From NCBI RefSeq assembly GCF_009914755.1, contig NC_060925.1: 64,000 nt of DNA. One strand, given 5' to 3'. A program made the position numbers and the translations under genes. Positions 55,900-64,000 of this stretch are shown here, piece by piece. Origin of the DNA: the human T2T-CHM13v2.0 reference genome, Homo sapiens. The notes under the pieces are model-generated. The model did no database searches, was not told where the DNA came from, and saw nothing but the letters and a program-made list of their open reading frames with translations. The first letter of the stretch is position 1; every line of letters begins with the position of its first letter.

Positions 55900-56160
55900 G
55901 ATAAACTCCTTAAAAGCATGGGCAAAATTCCCTTTTCTGTGACCAGTTTTTTTAAAAATGACAAAGTCACACAAGAGAGGAAATGAAAAGGGAAATTTTT
56001 AGACTTCTCATCTGTGCTGAAAGCCCCGGGCTGTTTCAGAACCCGGTCAGGGTAACCGTCAGGCCTGCGGTCACCGCGCTGCAATCCCAGGAGGCCTTGC
56101 GTCAGCGGCCATTATATCAATAAGGAAGTACAATCACCAAACCACAAGCCGGCTTCTTTT
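55900..56160. promoter_or_regulatory. Candidate enhancer/promoter with local CpG enrichment
   Basis: ETS-IRF composite GGAAATGAAA 55979-55988, kB-like halves, TGCGTCA 56098-56104, AGGAAGT 56123-56129, RUNX AACCACA 56140-56146. Confidence 0.45.
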
Positions 56161-57356
56161 CTAAGCCCACATGTTGCTTTAGAGGGTTTTCAAACAAGAG
56201 ACTTTCCTGTTTTTGAAACCTGTGAATCCACAGGTCTTACAGGTTACTCAAATTATCTTATCACTTGCAGCATGAATTTCAAAACTGCTTACTCCAGCCT
56301 TCCCCTCCCCTGGAGGAACAGACGTCCATTTACAAACCAGAATCCTTATTTACAGTGTCCCGTTGCCAATTGCTGACACAGAAGGGGGAAAAAATACCAG
56401 TTATACATTAAGCTTTAAGGTTAAAGTATCTGTGCCAGACGCTGTCCAAACACCATCTATTCACTGACCTGAAGGCAGGATGACCACACCGGAGAAAATT
56501 CTACAGAAACAGTTTTGCGGTCACAGCAGTATTCCTTCACAGAGCCAGGCTATGTTTCCTGCAGATGCATACACATGCTTGCAAATGTACTGTAAGAAAT
56601 CATCACAATTCACAGGAAACATATTTATCCTAAGATGTGTAGCAAATCTGTTGGAAATTTTTAAGCACAGCCAAAAGACATCCCAAACCACCTATGAGGT
56701 TGCTTCCCAGGTTGCTGGAAAAATCAACGTAGGATAGCATCGGTAGAGGACGCTACCGCGGCGCAGGTGAAAGATGTAAACAGTGCAATCTAAATCTTCA
56801 ATGGGATGCAAGTCAGACTTATTTTTCTCTTGAGCAAATAAAAAGATTCAGATTAAAGAGTGCCTTATAGAACTGGTACAGAGTTCTACATAGAACTGAT
56901 ATAGAGTTCATCTAATAAGAGTGTCTTATAGATGAGATAAATCCATAAACAAACGTCTCTCTTTCCTGCTCAGCTCAGCAGCTTGAGAAAGATGTGCCAC
57001 ACCTAACAACTGCATTTGACAGCCATCTCCTGGTTTAACTTCTACCCTGGCCAGCGGCCACTTAGCGTTGCCCCAGCAATGCCTGCAGACTTCATCACGC
57101 GCTCCCTCGCTGGAAGCGTCCCTCCTAAGGCAGACCTGAAGTTCACAGAGGGCTTCTGGACAGTAGTTCACATTCTGTTTTCAATGGTGGCCTAATCAGA
57201 CTGAGAATAAACAACAAGTGAACTTTATCCTGCAGCTACAACCAGTGAACTCTAAGCCCATTTCACAGAATGCACACAGCAATAATGGATCTAGCAGACA
57301 CTTATCTAATCTCACACTTTCCGTCTTTTTGGGTTATAATCAACACTTAGCTCATC

Positions 57357-57384
57357 AACACACACACACGCACACACACGCACA
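57357..57384. repeat. (CA)n microsatellite, interrupted
   Basis: Direct read. Confidence 0.9.
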
Positions 57385-58580
57385 TCTTCCAAAAAAGAAC
57401 CTGCTCTCAGTTTAAGCACACTGAGATTTTATTTATCTTATTTTATTTGTCTGCATTCCAATAAACCTTCTAACATTGAAATGTTGAGACAGACACTCTA
57501 AAGTCAGGATGCTGTGATGTTTATGTTTGAGGGAGGGTTCTTTCAAAGTAGCCAAAATTGTCTCTCTTAGGAAATGTGAAGTGTGAATGAAGCCACACCA
57601 AAAAGTCTCAGAAGTAAATCTCTCAAAGATTATGACCAGCCTGTTGTGGAATAACGCAATATATCCTTAGAGGAAAATACAATAAAGTAAGAGAATTCCA
57701 GGCTTCCTACACAGGCCCAGTAGGTATTTTTTATCTTAATAACTCGTTGGTAAATGGCCTACTATGTCCATAGGAAAAGCATCCTCTTCTTCAACTGTGT
57801 TTTAAAAAGAATAACTTCTTCTTTCCTCCTTTGGAAAAGCCATTGCTCCAAAATTCACATAAAACAAATACAGACTGGTTTTCTGTTCCTTTCACTTTCT
57901 GTCCCTATCACTTTAGGCTGTGGTAACCAGGACTTCTAGGCCTAAATATGCTTGCCTGATTTTGCCTGAGTTTGCTGGAGAATTGCTCAACCACCCTCTC
58001 ACTTTGGCTGTGTAGACCATAGCTCTTGCCCTCCCTCCAGGGGAGAGGCATTAACTAATGAAGAAAACAGTGACTCCCCTCTTCTGCCACCACTGACACT
58101 CCATACCCAGGCCTGTGCCACCAGGCCTGCTTCCAGGACTGTGGGCTGCCTGTTCCCTGCTATCCTGAGCCTTCCAGCTCCAGTGCCAACAAGGGCACTA
58201 GGTAATGGGTACTTCTGATGAAGGACACTGCATGAGATCTTCCCATCACTTAGAGAAGTGTTCCATTTGGGGTCATTACCAACCCTGTCTACTCAGACCA
58301 GCAAAGCATAGAGAAAAATAGGATGGATAGGCAAGTATAAGGCATCACCTTATATCTGTGTCTTAAAAAGCTCTTTATATTACAGAATTTCTTTATTTGG
58401 AACAACAAAATACTCTGAAGGGAATCTCATGAATTTTAGTTTGGAACGTTTATAGAGGTTGTCTGGAAGAATAGTTTTTGTTGATTTGGTTTTTTAATAC
58501 AAAGAAAAATAAAAGCTTTTGTAGTTATTCTTGAAGGTATGACCTCCAATTACAAGCATGAGAGATATTGTAAGCAAGTC

Positions 58581-59059
<479 letters not shown>

Positions 59060-59325
59060 ATTTTAAACTTTTATTATGACAATGTTTATTTTATATTTTA
59101 AAATTTTATTATGACAAAAGGAGCATATAGCACAGTGACTCTCCATATAACTGTCACTCGATTAACAATTACTCGATTTTTTGATGTTTGCTTCATTTAT
59201 TGTGTTTTACTTTTTTTCTCTTTGCTGAAATCTTTTAAAGAGCATCGCAGGCCTCATGCCATTTCACTCCTTCCTACTTTAGTATGCACCTCTAAAATGC
59301 ATGAATATTTCCTTACATAGCCCCA
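59060..59325 (-). mobile_element. Old L1M 3' fragment
   Basis: ttaacaattactc...tgctgaaatcttttaaag...catttcactcc...ttagtatgcacctctaaaa. Confidence 0.6.
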
Positions 59326-59524
59326 TGAAGATCCCTTTTAAAAGCAATACAAGAAGTCAGCTTTGTGGAGATGGCAAATAGCACATGGCTATGAAGGCTT
59401 GAGATAACATTTCCAGTGAGCATAGCATACAGACTCAAAAAGTCCGAAATCTCAAAGGCAGTTGGACAGAAGCAAGATGAAGTATTCTGGAAGATTGAGT
59501 CAGATCATTCAAAAAGGGACACAA

Positions 59525-60240
<716 letters not shown>

Positions 60241-60316
60241 TAACCAAGTCAATAAATTAAATTCTTAACTAGAAATATGACTATTTCACTTACATCATTA
60301 AAAGTATATATTCAAG

Positions 60317-61211
<895 letters not shown>

Positions 61212-61389
61212 GTATACATTCAAGATGGCAAAAAAAAAAACAACAAAGGACACAAAATGTGTGTAACCTACCAATTGGGAAATAGGGCATTGCCTCATAT
61301 TTGGGCTTACATACATGGTATCTTCAACCCATCACCTACCTGCCTCCGCCAAGCCTACTCTTCCTGGAAACAGTACTTCTTCAGTGTCT

Positions 61390-61560
61390 ACCAGATGCCA
61401 GGCACCATGCCAGGCCCTGAGTATATACGTCCCTGAAGTGCACACCTGCCCTGTGAGGGACATCCTACTATCCCCTCACTTTTTCAGGGGAGAAAAACTT
61501 AAGACTTCAAGAAAGTGAGTTATTTCCCACAGAGATAATAAAGGTGGAACGTAGATCTGA
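61390..61560 (-). mobile_element. MIR
   Basis: gatgccaggcaccatgc...ccctgtgagg...tatcccctcactttttcaggggagaaaaact. Confidence 0.6.
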
Positions 61561-62554
61561 CTTATTCTGCCTTCTGCCCTGAAGACTCTTTTTTACTCTC
61601 GTCTTCCCCAAAGTAGCAGCTTTAGATCTGCCCTAAACCAAGGGGCAATATAAAGGTTTCTACTCATACTGGGAGACGGGGAGGGCTTACCATCTGCACC
61701 ATCCCAGGACAGCCATCGCTTCATTTTGTCTTAGCCAAATCACTGTTTCTGGCTATGACAGTCTAGTAATAAACAATGGATGACACTACCCAATGGTGGC
61801 TCTAATGCCGCTAAGATAACAAAAATAGCCAAAGCATTTGCAGAGGGCTTAGCTGTAGGGCAGCTGAAGGCACTTGAGTTTCCATCAGGCTCTCAACATG
61901 CTACCATTGCTTATGTTCACCCATGCGTCTTTTTCCCATTCAGGGTTGCTAACTCCATTAGATAGTTGTTCTCTGCCACTTCCTCTAATATTATCTTCCC
62001 ATAAGATGAGGAAAAGAAACACAACAAATTCAGCCCTGCTCAGCCACGTGGTCCAGCCCACACAGGTCTGTGCTACATATAAACTTGTGGCTCCTTGTTT
62101 AGCCTCACCCCTGAACTGCAGGATGATTCCCCAGCAACTCATTTAATCTTTCTTTACTGCAGTTTCTTTATCACTAAAACGCGATGTTTGAAGACCATGG
62201 CTGAAGTAGCCAAATAATATTATCCAATTAAAGTGAAAAGCACCATATAAATGCTACAGAGGCTAAGACTTAAATAGCCACATATGGTTTGGGGAAAAGC
62301 ACTCCAGTGCATCAGCTAGCAGTAAAAACATGCAGGAGCGAAATGATCTGGCTGGAAATGAACTGCAAATTGATAAACATTTAGTTGCTAATGCAGTGTT
62401 TATTATTTTTTACTAGGATAAAAATTAACTTGTGCGGCCTTAGCCAGCAAACACACTGAACTCTACCATCTGGGTAGTGGAATCGGTATTTCTGTAGCCT
62501 CGGGTTACAGGTGACTGTTGCCAGATTTGATTTTATTGGCAAATAGGTCCTGGT

Positions 62555-62975
62555 GTGTCCGGACAACAGAACCGCGGGATGCTTCTGGAAGCACAAACAC
62601 GCCAGCGCACCAAAGGGTAACATTCGAGAGGGAGCTTAGGGCCACCCTCAACCAGACTCAGAATCCTGTATTTCCCAAAAAGAGGTTGCTACTTGTGTTG
62701 AAGAATCGCCTTTAGCCTTCGAAATCAGCCAGGGCTGCAAGGCGACGACCTCTCGAGGAACCGGGGGTTCGGGCAGCGGGGGATGGGGGGCGCCTGGAGC
62801 TGGGAATGGGACGCAGGGGGCGGACGCCGGCGGGACCACGTGACAGCGCCAGCAGCGGCCGCAGCTGCCCCAGCTGCAGACGCCGCCGTCCTCTCCCCGG
62901 GGCCGTTTTCCATGAGCTTTGCAAGCAGCTGGATCAATTTACTCGAGCCACAGCGCCCTACACAAGCACGGTCTG
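62555..62975. promoter_or_regulatory. Small CpG island / probable promoter
   Basis: Highest non-repeat CpG density in the window; GC box GGGGCGG 62817-62823, E-box CCACGTGAC 62836-62844, NotI site 62855-62862. Confidence 0.7.
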
Positions 62976-63229
62976 AATTATTACTCATGGAAATCCCCTC
63001 TGTTTCATGGAATCAGGTAGCTTTCAAACTCCCAACAATTAATGGCCCTTTTGGTCAAAGGAGAATAGCAAAAAAATAAAACAACCCCCGCCCCAACCCA
63101 CCCCCCAGAAAAACCCAACCCAGACTGCCAGGCTGAGGGCTTCTAAACAGTCCGTTTGGTTTCTAGTAAATTAGAGAGAGTGGGTGGTTGAGGTACAAGT
63201 AATGCTATCCTGTAGAGTGTGGTCTTCTT

Positions 63230-63237
63230 TGACGTCA
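63230..63237. promoter_or_regulatory. Perfect palindromic CRE (TGACGTCA)
   Basis: Direct read, ~250 bp from the CpG island. Confidence 0.6.
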
Positions 63238-64000
63238 GCAAAATGTTTCTCTCGCGTTTCTGCTTCTTTCCCTCTCTCCCTCCTTTTCCCTCTCCACCCT
63301 CCTCCTTCCCTCTTTATGTCAAAGAGACAGATGACATAGGGTAACTGTGGAAATGTGCTCATAGTTTTGCAACATAGCTCACAGGCTCAGAAAAATTCCC
63401 ACATTTTAAAAAATGAAGAGTATTGTGGGAGGTGGGTAAATTGGCAACACAAAAATACATGCTACCCAGGAAAGGAAGGGGGAAAGGCTGCTGGGAAGTG
63501 CAGTCACCACCACTGGCGGTATGGTCTTCCCTCCATCCTGCCCGGTTAGCAGCTCTGTCTGAGGGAACATTCTTCCTGTGGCGAAGAACACATTCTTGCT
63601 CCAGCTGGCCTGAAATCGGATCCTGGAGAGCATGCGCCCTGCTCCCTGGCTACTGTATTTGTGGGACCCATCCCGGACTGCTGAGCCAGGATTTCTGTTG
63701 GCTCTGCTCCCCCTCACCCCCCTTCAGCTAGAGTTGTTTTTCTCTACTCATCAAAGGCAGCAACAGCTGCCCCCATGGGTTAGCATAGAACTTTCTAGAA
63801 TAAGGATTCCAAGTCTAGGCAAACATTTGTAACCTGACCCTGCAGTACTTTTGTTTCCCCTTCAAATTGCTTTTGTCAGCCCCACTGTTTCAACAGGGGC
63901 AGCCGTGGACACCCTAGGGGTCTGGCCCGACAGTCACAGGGTGAGGATTGGTGGAGTGGGCCACTCCCTTTGTGGCTGTGAATTGCCATTTGGTCTCTAG

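Noticed and set aside
62783-63079. Ala-rich ORF in the CpG island
   Set aside because: Low-complexity product expected from GC-rich DNA; open frames on both strands; no recognisable family.

Overview
Primate (human-like) non-coding genomic DNA, judged from the AluJ/S/Y, L1PA, MIR/L2 and MaLR content; roughly half of the window is recognisable interspersed repeat. I find no credible protein-coding gene, tRNA, rRNA or CRISPR array, and I cannot identify the locus by eye. The ORF track is explained by Alu/L1 frames, a 66-bp minisatellite and chance. Main contents: about 30 Alu/FLAM/FAM copies, many with readable target-site duplications (TSDs); a long old L1M at ~39.6-46.7 kb peppered with younger insertions; a twin-primed L1; nested MaLR/ERV LTR stacks; and a DNA-transposon cluster at 27.3-31.2 kb (hAT-Charlie transposase fossil, a piggyBac/Looper-type fossil with both terminal inverted repeats and the first catalytic-Asp motif, and a Charlie4z/MER103-like piece). 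Repeat-free stretches carry dense transcription-factor motif clusters, and a small CpG island lies at ~62.6-63.0 kb, so this looks like enhancer/lncRNA territory. The least-explained signals are an inverted ~47-120 bp homology pair (7.1 kb / 8.7 kb), a 42-bp direct repeat whose copies both abut minus-strand GTAAGT donors, and a 66-bp VNTR carrying NF-kB-type sites. None of these amounts to a demonstrated new biological system. Subfamily names are from memory of consensus sequences and boundaries of old repeats are approximate.
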